A DNA stretch of 64,000 nt, taken from the NCBI GenBank assembly GCA_964252035.1, contig OZ176206.1; one strand, given 5' to 3'. How positions within the stretch are numbered: the stretch's first letter is position 1; the number at the start of each line of letters is the position of its first letter. This document shows, in pieces, positions 48,561 to 61,168 of the stretch. A program made the translations under genes and the position numbers. The notes under the pieces are model-generated. The model was not told the DNA's origin. It ran no database searches and worked only from the letters and a program-made list of their open reading frames with translations. The DNA comes from Podarcis erhardii. Lineage: Eukaryota.

Positions 48561-48951
48561 TACTTGACTTTGCATGCACTTAGTGCTTCTAGAGTATTCA
48601 ATGTGCCTCAGATATCACCTTGGTGCAATCCTTACAATTTCACAAAGTTGGTCAATATTATATTTGTAGATGTGAGGTCTAGAGAGAACTAAGGCTACCC
48701 AGTGAAGTAATGGCAGAGACCACGATTCTTAGCCATTCTGCTGCACTTTTAGGAACATAGGAAGTTGTTTTATACTGAGTTAGGAAACTCATTTTCTACA
48801 CTGACAGTGGTTCTCCAGAGTTTCTCAAATGGATATTTCCCAGTCCTGCCTGGAGATGCCTGGGGCATTCTGCATGGAAAAGAAAGAAGACTGAGCTACA
48901 GTGGCCACAGTCCTGAACAGGGCTTGCACATTTTCTCTTGGTGATACTCAC

Positions 48952-49112
48952 TTTGTCAGATTTATGATGCCTTCGTTCTTGAGAGTGTGTTCTGGCACAG
49001 TTTGTTGGAAGTCAAATATCAAAATTTTCAGTGGATTGGATATTGATTTGCAAGGGTATTCCCACAGCGGGTGAGGTTCTGCTTCCCTTGACTCCCTGAA
49101 GTCCAAGGAGTT
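48952..49112 (-). CDS. PRMT7: PRMT7 coding exon, [53 protein letters not shown] (161 bp)
   Basis: ttccatag|AAC acceptor, AAA|gtgagt donor. Contains [12 protein letters not shown]. Confidence 0.96.
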
Positions 49113-50439
49113 CTATGGAAGAAAACAAAATGGGAAGCATTGAAGTGCTAGAATATTCACAGATAAGGTATTCATTTAAAATATTCAGAGAGCATTGACG
49201 TGCTGAGGCAAGATTAACTTTTAGCAAGTCAAGACAGTAACATTTATTTCACTTCTAAAGTGAAGAAAAGAGACATTTCACTCATTTACAGAACCAGGCA
49301 TTCTCTGGTAAGCTATTAGCCCAGCTAATAACATACCAAGAGTCAAAACAACCAGATGCCAGGTGAAAACTCAGCAGATTCTGCCATTTGGAGTGTATGC
49401 ATTTATTCACCATAATGGCCAAATATTCTACAAACTTAGCATTTGTTCTCTAGGATGACATCTAGGCTAGGTAAAGTATTATATTTTATGGATGACAGAG
49501 ATGGATACTGCAAAGTGCTGGACTAGGCACTAAATGAATGAGCGTGCAGAATCAAACCCACAGCTCTTTCTGTCCAGCACATGCTACAGCCTGTCCAAAA
49601 TTCTCAGACTGTGTATATGGGAGTAAGGCGAGTTTCTTTTTAATTAAATTGATAAATTCTATTCTCTGCAACTACGTTCAAGTCTATTTTCCTTTTTACA
49701 GCAATCTTTGCTATAGCTTTGCAGCTGCTAGCACAACTCATTAAGCTTGTCACCCCAGACATTTCTAAGTAGTGCTTTCAAATAACTACACATTTTTTGC
49801 AATTAAGTTAATTGGTCCTGTGCTTTCGAACAATGAAGGCTGAAGACTTGCAAACATTCATTTTCATCATAAGAAGGATGTGGTATAAAAGTTCTTGTAG
49901 GAGTATTCAGTATTTTAAGTAACATCATTGGACCTTTATTTGTCTGCTAGCTTTTGTCTCCTGTGGGATTGCTACTGGAACTGTTTTCTATTGTTTGTGG
50001 CTGATTTTATTTAATTGGCCCTCTGTTTGTTCTGTTGCTGCATTTTTAATACTAGGCACCCCACTATTTTAATGGGGTGTGTATATATGCTTTTTAATTA
50101 CATTGTTAGATGTAAGGTTTGTATTTTAATGATTTGTATTGGGTTTAAAAATGTTGAATATCACCTCGGGCTCCTTTGAGCAGATAGATGACTCATTAAT
50201 AATAAGTAAACAAACGAAGAAAAGGTCATGCCTGGAAAGCTACAGATTTCATCAAACAGAGATGCTCAGATTGTGGGAGAAGGAAGGGGGGGGTGTTACA
50301 ACAAGCTAACCTGAAGGGGGGGAAAATCACCTACTCAGAACAAGGATAAGAAGCTATGGTTGGAATCCAGACTTAGTCATGCTTACAAGACACACACTAT
50401 TTATTTATTTATTTATGCATGCTTATCTGAAGATCACAG

Positions 50440-50790
50440 AGCAGTCTAAAATCTAAAAAGAAATACATATATAGCATAATAACGAACAAATCCATCAAAG
50501 GCCATAGATTTTTTAATTAGCCAAAGGCAAACCTCCTTTGGGAGCACATTCCAGAAGTGAGGAGGCACTACAGAAAAGGCCTGCTCTTATGTTGCCGCCC
50601 TCTGGACCTCTCACAGAGGAGGCACATGAAGAAGGGCCTCAGATGATGATTGCAGGGTCCAGGGTGGTTCATATGGGAAGAAGTGGTCCTGATCCATTTG
50701 AAGGATTTATTGGTCAAAACCAGCACTTTGAAATGGGCCCAAACACTAATTGGAAGCCAGTGCAGTCAGGCTGCCAAATAAATGGTACGT
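50440..50790 (-). mobile_element. L2 LINE 3' fragment
   Basis: aaaaggcctgctcttatgttgccgccctctggacctc...gcacatgaagaagggcctcagatgat is the reverse of 20340-20420. Confidence 0.8.
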
Positions 50791-51545
50791 CAACCATGAT
50801 TTGATCCAATACTACATTTCCTAGCTATTGAAAATGACATAACAGAAAATGATGTTTAAAGAAACTAAGCTACATTTTATGAAGCAATCAAATCTTGTTA
50901 TCAGAGGATGACCAACTGGCAGGCAATGAACCAGACACAACTCCTGCTTGTTTCAGTTTTTGCAACTTGTTATCCCACTTTAGCTGGGCAAGTGTCATGG
51001 GCCAAGCTCAGCTTCTGCTCTTGTCAGTGTGTCTCCTATTGCTAAATGAGAGGAAGAGTCAGAGAGCTCTGTGTTATCAGAGACTTTTGGGGTGCCTCCT
51101 CATTCCATGTGTGGTGACTTGAGCAATGTTCAGCAGCACCCTCTCATTTAAAGTGCTGGGTGGGGCTGTGCTGTGATGAGAGGGGTGGTTACACTGCCTA
51201 AGCCTTGTCAGTGTGATTGCCATAAAAAGGATGGCACAAAGCGTGCCTCTCAGCTGGCCAGATCCCCTCTCAGCCCTTAAATGAGAAAACATGCCAAAGA
51301 CCAACAAAAATCCACTGCTTGTTTCATGCCTGCCAGATTCTTTAGCTTGGGGTGGGGCAGAAATGACATTGTGGTTGATGGGGTCTGGCCTCCAAAAATC
51401 CTGTCATGAGCCTGAAGACCATTCCTGTACTGTATGTCCCATTTAATGCACAGGTTGGCTAGAACCACGATTACAAGCAATTTACCTACAACCACATCTC
51501 TTATTCAGTTGGCATTTATCCAGCACACAGGGAGGATAGTCTAAC

Positions 51546-51620
51546 CTTTATCATCTCATCCATAATATGCACATCAAACCCTTCACAGGTACCACACGGG
51601 CTGCGGATTCGCCACAAGTC
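51546..51620 (-). CDS. PRMT7: PRMT7 coding exon, [25 protein letters not shown] (75 bp)
   Basis: Not in the ORF track on this strand. ccctag|GAC acceptor, AAG|gttaga donor. Confidence 0.96.
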
Positions 51621-52165
51621 CTAGGGGGAAAGAAAGGGGGGAGACACAATGTTATTGTTCAGTGTTTTAAAATTAAATTAAAACATGAGAAATTGGATCA
51701 AAACTGTACATTTCATCACTCCCAGGAATATGACAGCTATATTTTGAGAATTAAATTGTTTCAAAGAAACAGAATGTCAAATGACCAGAATGTCAAACAC
51801 ACTTATCCACAATATATTAAAACCACTCCAAAAATAAACTCTAATATATCAAGATAAAAACCACTCAAGGACTAAAGAAAAATGTCGCAAACTAATAAAA
51901 ACCAGATAATTAATTGTACTTTGAGGAACCTGTATCATTAGGAACTGATCATTTCCCCCTCTTCTCTTTTTTCTTGTGTGTCACGTCTTTTTAGAGTGTA
52001 AGTCCAAGGAACTATCTTACTACTGATTTTGTAGGTGCAATCTGGAAGACTTTTTGGCTAAATGATGAAGTGCTAGTTTTTTTAAATAAATAAAGCATAG
52101 TATTGTAACTAAACCCACCCACACTGCCCTGGGGGCAAAACAGAAACCAGACATAGTTTTGTTAC

Positions 52166-52327
52166 CTTGAATTCCACAATCATCATGTGAAGTGAAGCAG
52201 ACTGGGGCAGGACAGTCACATCGTTTGTCAGGTGGCTTGCCAGGGCAGTCCGGGCGTACCAGAAATATAAATTGTGCCATGGCAACAAGCTCGTAGAGAA
52301 GAAGGGTTCACCAATTAAAAGTGATAC
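52166..52327 (-). CDS. PRMT7: PRMT7 coding exon, [54 protein letters not shown] (162 bp)
   Basis: ccccaag|GTA acceptor, AAG|gtaaca donor. Contains GEPFF and [11 protein letters not shown]. Confidence 0.97.
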
Positions 52328-53087
52328 CTTGGGGTGAGGGAAAACATACATGAGGCTCAGATGGGCAACAGGATGACAGACCACACTTCGTACCATTTGG
52401 CAGGCCTTCCAAGTCTGTCATCCTGCATAGGTGGGATTGGCTGCCAGTTGAGTACATGCAACGTAGAATGGTAGCTTCAGTTGCATGGACTCCGTGTGTC
52501 AATTCCAGTGAACTGGCAAATTCGGGACCTGGGTTTGCCACTGCCAGCTCTAAGGTGATGGTAAAGATTGAACTAAACTCAACGCAGGATACCATGACAT
52601 ATTGCCTATGTAAAGCATCTGTAAATGGTATGGCCCGTAACAGCCGCAATTTCACAGCACTTTGGAGCTTGAGTGAACATAGAAAGCCCTTAACACATTT
52701 TTGTAGTAGTAGTAGTATTTTTATTTGTTTAGCTATAAAAGCCATAACAAACACAAAAACTAAACTGCCAGTCAATTTGGAAGAGGTAATTGTATTTTCT
52801 CAGTCTTGCCCAACATACTGAGTGGGTTCAGAGATCAAACCATGGTGTAGAGCCACAAAGCTCCTGAATACTTGTTCAAGAAGTGTCAAACCAAGGTTTC
52901 CGTTTATGTGTGAACTACCTCACCACTCTAAAGACCAGTAGTGGAGCTACTACTTAACTTTTATATATTGCATACAATTTCAGCGGCCAACTAATGAGGG
53001 AAATATCTCTTGACATGCTTTGTTTGATAAAGCTGATCCTCTCAAAGAGTAAAATGTTTTGGTCACACAGACATTTAGTTATCTTAC

Positions 53088-53177
53088 CTTTTTATCTTCA
53101 AGATCTGAAGAGATCAACAATTCAGGATGTTTCTCTATTATTTTAATTTTATCTTCTAGATGATTGGCCTTAAAAAT
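53088..53177 (-). CDS. PRMT7: PRMT7 coding exon, [30 protein letters not shown] (90 bp)
   Basis: Not in the ORF track. aaaaag|ATT acceptor, AAG|gtaaga donor. Confidence 0.95.
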
Positions 53178-53434
53178 CTTTTTTATGAAAATGAAAAGAA
53201 GAAAGGTCTTAGTGTTTTGTTTTTTACTGTTGTCCAAGAATGAAACCTCTTCCTAACTATGTAACGCAAAAATATTCTGAAATGTAAAATGACTTATTTT
53301 GGGTAACTAAAATGCTCTACTTTCATAGTGGGCAGGCACTTTTGCCATTACAAAAGAAAACAAAATAAACAGGAGGAGTAATAAACATAAGACAGCAGTT
53401 GCATGCAGATGTGACTCCAATATTCATTACTTAC

Positions 53435-53482
53435 TTTCTGCATGAGTGAATGAGAAACTGCAGAGCTCTCCAGTGTAAACAC
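53435..53482 (-). CDS. PRMT7: PRMT7 small coding exon, VFTLESSAVSHSLMQK (48 bp)
   Basis: Not in the ORF track. ttcttctag|GTG acceptor, AAA|gtaagt donor. Matches recalled human VFTVESSAASHKLLRK. Confidence 0.94.
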
Positions 53483-53930
53483 CTAGAAGAAGAACACACT
53501 GACTTAATCAGACCTGCAATTTAGGGTGGAAATTTGGGAAGGAATACCTGTCCCATGAGCAATGAAAGGACCACACTGGTGATTCACTGGGGAAACTCCT
53601 ATCCTTGAATGATGCTCTCACCTTCATTCTGATTGGTGTAACACCCCTTGGTTATGTGTGGTCTGTTGCCCTGCTCCACTTTGCAAGCAGCCAATAAAGA
53701 CTCAAGAGCAAGACTTACAAAGAACATCAAGAATGTCCTGTATAGCAATTAACTACTCAAATAAGCAGTTATCTACTTAAGCAATCTCGATAAAATAATT
53801 AAATACATAAATATTAAATACATTAAATACATAAATATATAAACATGCACAAATACTGCATGGCATGGCCCATTCCATTACATAACTTAGCAGTCAAATG
53901 CTCTGCCACTGAGCTATACCTGTCCTGTCC

Positions 53931-54225
53931 TGTCCCCTTTATAAAGATCTGAGGAATGAGATCATCACCCCACTCTTACTTACCATCCCAGGCCGCCCAT
54001 CTGCGACCACATTGTTCTTTATATTATCAGATCAAAATGAACAGACAACAGCAAAGGTTGCTAGGTTTATCAAGGGTGCAATGAGATTAAGGGCCACTAT
54101 CTGAACGATAATCTTGGTCATTTGATTGCCCTTTTTACCCACTGTTGTCTTTTTAACTGTATATATTGCTTGTTTTATGTTGCTAAGGCCGTTGGCTAAT
54201 GCGAATAAAGTTTATCTATCTATCT
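53931..54225 (+). mobile_element. 5'-truncated LINE 3' end (CR1-group; L2/Rex/Daphne-like) with (TATC)n tail
   Basis: Stop-free CPLYKDLRNEIITPLLLTIPGRPSATTLFFILSDQNEQTTAKVARFIKGAMRLRATI* at 53931-54104, then 3' UTR, AATAAA and microsatellite tail. Confidence 0.75.
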
Positions 54226-54759
54226 ACATAATTTAGCAGGACCTAGGGGATTAAGAATTCTACTCCAGTCAGTCAGCTGGATAACTGTTATCATGAGTAA
54301 CATACTCTGCAAAACTAAATGTATACTGATAGCAGTAACAGGAACTTACAAGCTAAATTTTGCCAGTAATGGATGCAAAACAGAGAAGGCTGTTCCAAGA
54401 GAAACAAGACTAACAAGGGCAAATGCAAATATTTTTTCTTTGTTTCAGGAGGAGATGAGGATGAAAGGGTGCCAAAGCATCTAAAAAAGGTGGGGGGTTG
54501 GAGGTTGGAAGAGAGGTATTGAAATAAAGAACACTAGTTACTCCCACTAGTTCTGGGAGTAAGAGGCCGCAAATGAGACTGGGTGGAGCAATTTGAGTTG
54601 TGGAAGACCAAATAAATGCCACAGACGGCCCTTAAGGAAAAGCACTAAAGATAAATAGATATAACATAACATAAAATTTTTAAAAACGTATAAAGGAATA
54701 GAAGAGTCAGCACATATTAAAAATAGCAAACATTTAAATGACTGGGGGTGGGGTTGTAC

Positions 54760-54843
54760 CTCTTTTGCTCCAAGATGGTGAGCCAGCACAGGAAGGAGGC
54801 TGCCATCACTGATGCTGAGGCAAACACTGTTTGGCTTCAGAAC
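54760..54843 (-). CDS. PRMT7: PRMT7 coding exon, [28 protein letters not shown] (84 bp)
   Basis: ctgaag|GTT acceptor, GAG|gtacaa donor. Degenerate motif I of module 2. Confidence 0.94.
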
Positions 54844-55194
54844 CTTCAGAGCGAAAAGACAAGCTGTCAGCAGTTTCCTCCTTTCCAGATGCAAAAGGTC
54901 ACTGATTAAGGACTGACACATTCACTTGTTTGAAATTACTAAGCATTGTTGCATCCCAAAGGCTGTCTAAAATCTCCATGTTTCAAGTAGAATTCATGAC
55001 ATTTTAAGGCAAAGGATGCATGTTCTACATTAGAAAGGTAAATACTTGTGAGAGGAATACCACAAAACATTGTCACTATACATATTTATGGACTCAATTT
55101 TTAAATCCACATTCTTTTTCATTTTACACCAAGACATGACCCAGTTAGCCAAGTCAGGTCATGAAGGAAAGTGAAAAACAAAGCAGTTTTTGAA

Positions 55195-55385
55195 AGAGTA
55201 CATAGGAACCCAAGAAGAGCCTATTGGATTAGGCCAGTGGCCCATCTATTCCAGCATCCTGTGCTTCCAGTGGCCAATAAGATGCCTGTGGGAAACCCTC
55301 ATGCAAGACCTGAATGTCACGGCATTGGCCCCTCCTGTGGTTTCCAGGAACTGATACTTGAGCAACTGTGGTTTGCAATACCTGG
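55195..55385 (-). mobile_element. CR1 3' UTR fragment
   Basis: cataggaacccaagaagagcc...ccagcatcctg...gtggccaataagatgcc. Confidence 0.7.
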
Positions 55386-56938
55386 TGAAAGTAGCCAACA
55401 GAAACACACACCTTCAATGTCCATTCAAAGAAACTGGGCAGAAGGCTTCCTGAAGTTCTGGTCTAACAGTCCTCTCTATGCTATTTAAGGATCCCACCAT
55501 CATATTCTAACACAAAGATAGCCAAAATGGTTCCCTCCACATGTTTTGGACTACAACTCCCATCATCCCTGACCATTGGACATGCTGACTGAGGACACTA
55601 CTTTCGCTACTCTTGCCCTAGTAGTTAGGAAGGATTAAAAATTGTTTGTAAGGTTTTTACATCCAGTGCTGACAAAATGCTGGTTCTGTGTAATCCATGC
55701 CTGGCAAATTATGACCCAGCTTCACAGTCACATTCTCCTCTCCACGCCTCCACCCACATTAGTCCATTATACAATTCAGGAAAGGTGCCTTTTAAATTGT
55801 CACAGAGATTTATTATGGCATTCACTGGTGTGAGATAAAACCCACTTTGCCAGACATACATACATAAATTCGCTATAACTAAGGCTAAGCAATGGAGCTG
55901 TGGAATTTTATCAATGAATCACCATATTTCAGTCATTAGGTGCTGATGAAAAGATAGCACACAAAAAAAAGATAGCACAAAAGACTTAAAAAGAAGATTT
56001 ACTTCAAGTGCAGAGGACAGGGCAACCAGATGGAACCGAAGGACAAACTTAGCTGACAGGCTTGCTGATCAAATATGCTGTTCAACACTATACTTGCTCT
56101 AACCTCTAACTGGAAAACTCAACCTCTAACTTAGGCTTGTATAGTTAAATCTATCTTTTTACAAGTTTGTATCATTAAACAAAAAAATGTTCCCAAGCAT
56201 CACTTTAAAAATCAAATAATTATAAATGATTTTTTTAAAAAGAAAAACAACCTGCTCCTTGGTTCCTTGTAGATTTTTATTTTATCTGTATTGCTTAGAG
56301 AGATTTTAGCAACTCTCATAGCATCTCAAGATAGGCAAGGTCTTAACAGGCATATCTTTAGACTCTACAAGAGATTTAAATTCTTAAGTCACAGGTAGGC
56401 AACTTGCAGCCCCCAACATCTCCTGCAGTTGCCCCATTATTCTGTCCCATCAGAGTTCCTACCTTCCTGTTCATTTTGTTGTTGCTCATCCTGGCATTTC
56501 TACGTAGTTACAGAACAAGTGGAAGAGGCAGTATTTTATTTAATAAATATAATCTGATTTTGTTTTTTGTTCGTTTACCAGGTTGTATGGTTTTCCCCAG
56601 CTATTTAAAAACAAATTGGTGGACTTCTGCTTTGTTCTCATGTGCATTGCACACTAAAGTCAGAAAGAAATTACTTTCACTTGCTTTCCAGAATGATAGC
56701 TGTATTGGTCCATTGCATTAAAAACCATACAGAATTCCCTGCAACGGGAGGTACAGCAAGTATCAACAGTGAATAAGCAAAACAGTATGCTGGCTTTGTG
56801 ACTCACCATCTCTTCTAATAAGCTAAAAAAAGAAGCAGGCATGTACACAGCTCTTCACCCAAATTCAGTGAAGTGATGCCTAATGTGCAGAGATTGAGGC
56901 AAGAAGATACCATATTGGATTTGGGAAATCTTACTCAC

Positions 56939-57077
56939 TTTCTGCAGAGCCTGTAAATACTGCGCTGTTCGATTCTGATCGTTGAGTTCTCCAAACCGTG
57001 GCCTATTCCACAGCAGGTGGGCCTGACACCTACACACAGGACTTTCAACTTGGATAGCAGTTATGGCGTCTTCATTT
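56939..57077 (-). CDS. PRMT7: PRMT7 coding exon, [46 protein letters not shown] (139 bp)
   Basis: tttag|A acceptor, AAA|gtgagt donor. Linker and start of the second methyltransferase module. Confidence 0.94.
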
Positions 57078-57292
57078 CTAAAAACATTTGAATGAATGAA
57101 ACCAACTCATTTCTGTTTGCCCCAGATAATGTTTACATTATAAATGGTTTTTACCAGCTATGCCTGGTACAACACCTATGGCCATTCATGGACTGGGAGA
57201 GTAACCCTCTGAAGGAAAGTTTTGCTTTTGCACACACCGCTCACCGCTCCAAGCTGAAATATTCCTAGAATGTTCAGTTCACACTGAGTTCA

Positions 57293-57684
57293 TGAAAACA
57301 TGGTATTCTGACCTGTTCTTAATGCATAGTTGATCACATCTACGGAACATGATTGCTATGTCCTTTTAAGTCTTACATTATCAATCATTAAGTAATTGTT
57401 TTAGGTCTTGTTCTATTAATCACTAGTTATAATTTAATTAGGAGGTTTTCATGCCTGTCTAGTTCTGTGCTCCCTTTCCCAGCCTTTAATCTATTGGTGA
57501 TTAACGTCTATAGGTAACCTTTGCTTTGTACTTTTGTTAACCAATCAGCAACAAGCACATATGTGGCAATGCTGTAATATTCAATAAAAGGGACTCCTCG
57601 ACACATGCTCGAGAAGATGCCTCCCAGATGACACCTCTACTCGTCTGTCATTTATTTCAACCCAACAACCCTCCCCAACTTACA
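57293..57684 (+). mobile_element. Probable ERV1-type solo LTR (392 bp) in a PRMT7 intron, antisense to the gene
   Basis: TG...CA ends, 4-bp repeat TTCA at 57289-57292 and 57685-57688, CCAAT box at 57541 followed by ATAAAAG, and a tcatttatttc U5-like stretch. Confidence 0.55.
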
Positions 57685-57766
57685 TTCACTGAGAAAACAA
57701 ACTATCCCAGCCTGACAGTCTTTGTTCAATCATGAGAATCCCTTTCTGCCTCCTATCTTTACTTAC

Positions 57767-57894
57767 CTGCCTTTTTGAAGCTTATACCACACAGAGTAGT
57801 CATCATGAAAGGCAGTCAGGCCCACACTCTGGCCCTGGAGAACAAGTTCTTCATTTGGAAGGAAATAGACGCACTGCATCCAATGATCTCTCCA
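57767..57894 (-). CDS. PRMT7: PRMT7 coding exon, [42 protein letters not shown] (128 bp)
   Basis: ttccag|TGG acceptor, CAG|gtaagt donor. Contains the DHWMQ variant of the THW loop, typical of PRMT7. Confidence 0.97.
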
Positions 57895-59215
57895 CTGGAA
57901 AGGTTTAAACAAAATGGAAAAGGGGCAGACAATTAGTAATTCAAAATAAAAATGGATTGTGTGGGATAAAAAAACCAAACAGTAAATGGCAATGGGATAA
58001 TGCAGATAACTCCGTTTTCTCAGCCCTACCTGAAAATGCTAGAGATTAAACATGGAACCTCCTGCATGCAAAGCAATTGAGCTACAGCTGTGGATGTTTA
58101 TGCATTCAACAGAAAGAAACACATCAAATGCTGGCAGGATCCCTGTCTGACAACCAAGTGACATATAGTGCCAAGGATGTGACACAAAGATATACAGGAG
58201 AAAGTAAAGGAGTGAAATAAAGAACACAATTTGGGCAAGCTCCAATGCTTGTTCATACCTAAACAACCCCACTCAAGGTTACCCCTGATACAGCTTTAAT
58301 GCTGGGAACTGCCTGTTTTACAATGTAATCATGAGGAAACATTCACAGCAACATAATCTCTTATTGTTTAAAGGATTCATGGAGATTTAACATCACCCTT
58401 CTGCCTTTATTTAATGTTCTGCTGTCACCTTTCACATTCATTTCTATAACCACAATGTCCAAAAACATACCTTTTCTTTAGTGAAATTAGGAATTGACGA
58501 AAGCATATTGCCTACCCTGATGCATTCTATGCTAGAAAAGTCAAAAGAAGATGAGATGGCAAATCCAATGGAATCCTAATCTTACTTAAAGTCACTAACC
58601 TGCTGCAATCATAGAGCATTGTTTATTTTTGTACAACTCCATCCATGGCAGTAAGTAGCTAAAAAACTGCAAGCGGCCATATACTTAGACATTATTATCA
58701 AGATTTGGACAATTTTAGGAGAACTAGTTTACTTCTGAAAGTTTAGCACAAATCTTTAGAATCTTTATGAGCATTCTCTAAAGGCTGAGCAATATTGAAC
58801 TATGGTCCAACTAAGATGCAACAAACAACATGCACAAAAAATTCCAAAAGCATAACTATGCAGACGTTCATGCAGCTGGTGCCTTGGGTAAGTTAGATCA
58901 CTGGCCTCTAAACATGCTATGTCAGCACACAACAACACAACATCCACTCATGCCTATCATACTAACAATGCCTGCACAGGGGGTGGTGACCCAAGTCAAA
59001 TGAGATGCCTGTATGGAATTGCACATGGACTTGGTGTTGTTCCCCTCCCTTGGTGAATGTCCGGAGTCAAATTCGAATTAGGCCAAAAAGTGAAAATGGC
59101 ACATTTTACAGAGCTGGACAAATTAACATCTGCCCACATATATGGTTTTAGTTCAATCTGCCAGCATTAAAATATTAGGAAGGCAATAGAATTTACAAGA
59201 GGTTCAGTACATTAC

Positions 59216-59396
59216 CGGGATATCTTCAGAGGTGGATTGCACCCAATATGGGGCCATCGTACATTTTATTGACCCAGCGGGGTCCATGTCAATATCCCAC
59301 CAGGACAGGACCACTTGGGCTTTGCCCGACTTTATGGCCTCCAGATGTACTGTGTAGTAGGCAGAGGCTCGGCTTACTGGCTTACTGAAATCTACA
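59216..59396 (-). CDS. PRMT7: PRMT7 coding exon, VDFSKPVSRASAYYTVHLEAIKSGKAQVVLSWWDIDMDPAGSIKCTMAPYWVQSTSEDIP (181 bp)
   Basis: cacag|T acceptor, CCG|gtaatg donor. Phase 2 in, phase 0 out. Confidence 0.96.
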
Positions 59397-60383
59397 CTGT
59401 GGAAAATAATGAATTGCAATCAGTTCATTTTAAATAGCTACTTATTTTCATTCAGGTTGTTAGGCAGAAATAAACATTGTGATTCTAACCACAAACACAC
59501 ACAGAGCAGAATTGATAAACACAACGATGGAACTGAACAGAGCTCTTCTAAAAATTGTAGAAATTGAAACTGCATCTGACAGTTTTGACCAAGAGCAGCA
59601 GCAGTCAGTCATCAATGAAACATCACAATGCATTAAAGTGCTCAGCAACTTCTCACCAACAACTTCATATACCATCAACCATTTGATCTTAGGAGTTTGC
59701 TACTTCCCTCTTAAATGTATCCCTCTTAAATGTATTTATAATATATATGATACCCAGGTGTGTCTGTGTAAGGACAAGTACTTAAACAAACAAACCATCA
59801 AACAAACAAACTACCAGTTTCCTTCAAGAACAATTGAAGAGTGCAAGTTTTAACCTATAAAGCTCTAAATAAGGCGTGGGGAACATATAGTCTTCAAGAT
59901 GTTGTTGGAGCTCTAACCCATCAACCTCCATTAGCATGACCAGGAATGATAGTTGCAGTCTAGCAACACTTGGAGGGCCATAGGTTCCCACCCACCCCAC
60001 TTGCAAAATGGGTATATGAAGGATCTCCTTCTCCCATATTAATCCCATTAGTAAGTTCTTCAAGGAAGGAGACATGGTTCTGAGGGGCTTCATTGGCTGA
60101 AATGAGGTGGATACCAGGGCCCACCACCCATTCATTTAGCACCAGATCTGATGGCTTTTAGACTACCAAGCAGAAACATTTGTTTTCCTTGGCCTTTGTG
60201 GGTTTCTGGTGTGGCTTTGATTTTACTACTGCTTTGAATTTTCCACAGACTATGTTTTATTAGATTACTTATTATTTTATGAGGCATTGTTTTAAAATGA
60301 TGCTTTAAGCTGCCTTGATAATCGAAGATTAAAAGGCAAAGTATAAAAATGGTTTAAACATATAACATAAAAGCCGCACTCAC

Positions 60384-60625
60384 CTGAACATTGTAACAAC
60401 GTCACTGAGAGGCGTGAAGTCATGCAAGGACACCTGATTCAGTTGGATATCATAGACTGAAGGAGCACCAGGACAGTTCTCCATTTCTGGTGGTGAGACA
60501 ATAATATTCTCACTATCTTCTGCTTGAATATGAATGGGAAATAGCTTGTTCCAGGACCACATTCTTTGGGATTCCACTAACTGGGCGTATACTGTTGCCC
60601 TGTGAGGCACTGCCTCACATCCTTC
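60384..60625 (-). CDS. PRMT7: PRMT7 coding exon, [32 protein letters not shown]...SDVVTMF (242 bp)
   Basis: attag|GAA acceptor, CAG|gtgagt donor. Matches recalled PRMT7. Confidence 0.96.
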
Positions 60626-61168
60626 CTAATCATTTGAAAACAAAGAGAAAGGAAACTGAAACAGGTTCATTATATGCCCTTGGAATAAAAGCAAGCTCTG
60701 AAATGTGAACTTCTTAGAAAATATATAGGCTGTACATAAAACTTGGATTCTGGGTGTAAATATGAGGCCCACTCTTCAATGCCTTTGAACCTTCTCTTTA
60801 CGTGCGTTCCTATTTATCTCACAGTCTGATACCATAATGTTTACTTGGAAGGTATTCCTGTTGAGTTCAATGATGCTTGTCCTCAAGTGGACAGAGACTC
60901 ATATACTTACTATACTTTGCATTTTTGTGCCAAAAATGTGTGAAAGCTTTCTCAAAGTTACTTGTTTCTCATGCGCAACCAACACAGATACAGATTATGA
61001 CAGGTCTATTATGAATTTTGAAGGCCATTTTGAATATCTTTAGTGAAAACTAATAGTAACAAAACCGATCCAAAACAAAGAAATGATTGGCTACAATCAA
61101 TCTGTAAGCTTGCAAGAATAAAATTTCTGTTACATGACACCATCTGTGAACAGTGCTCACTTCCTTAC

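Noticed and set aside
51170-51270. RUGAUGA C-box suggesting a C/D snoRNA
   Set aside because: Antisense to the host gene, with no D box (CTGA) or terminal stem at a suitable distance.
52308-52821. Overlapping antiparallel ORFs (155 and 121 aa) in a PRMT7 intron
   Set aside because: No recognisable domain and no convincing splice signals; kept only as a BLASTX/RNA-seq check.
53515-53720. LTR-like segment (reverse CCAAT, AATAAA, ends ttaca)
   Set aside because: No TSD or clear 5' end; too short to call.
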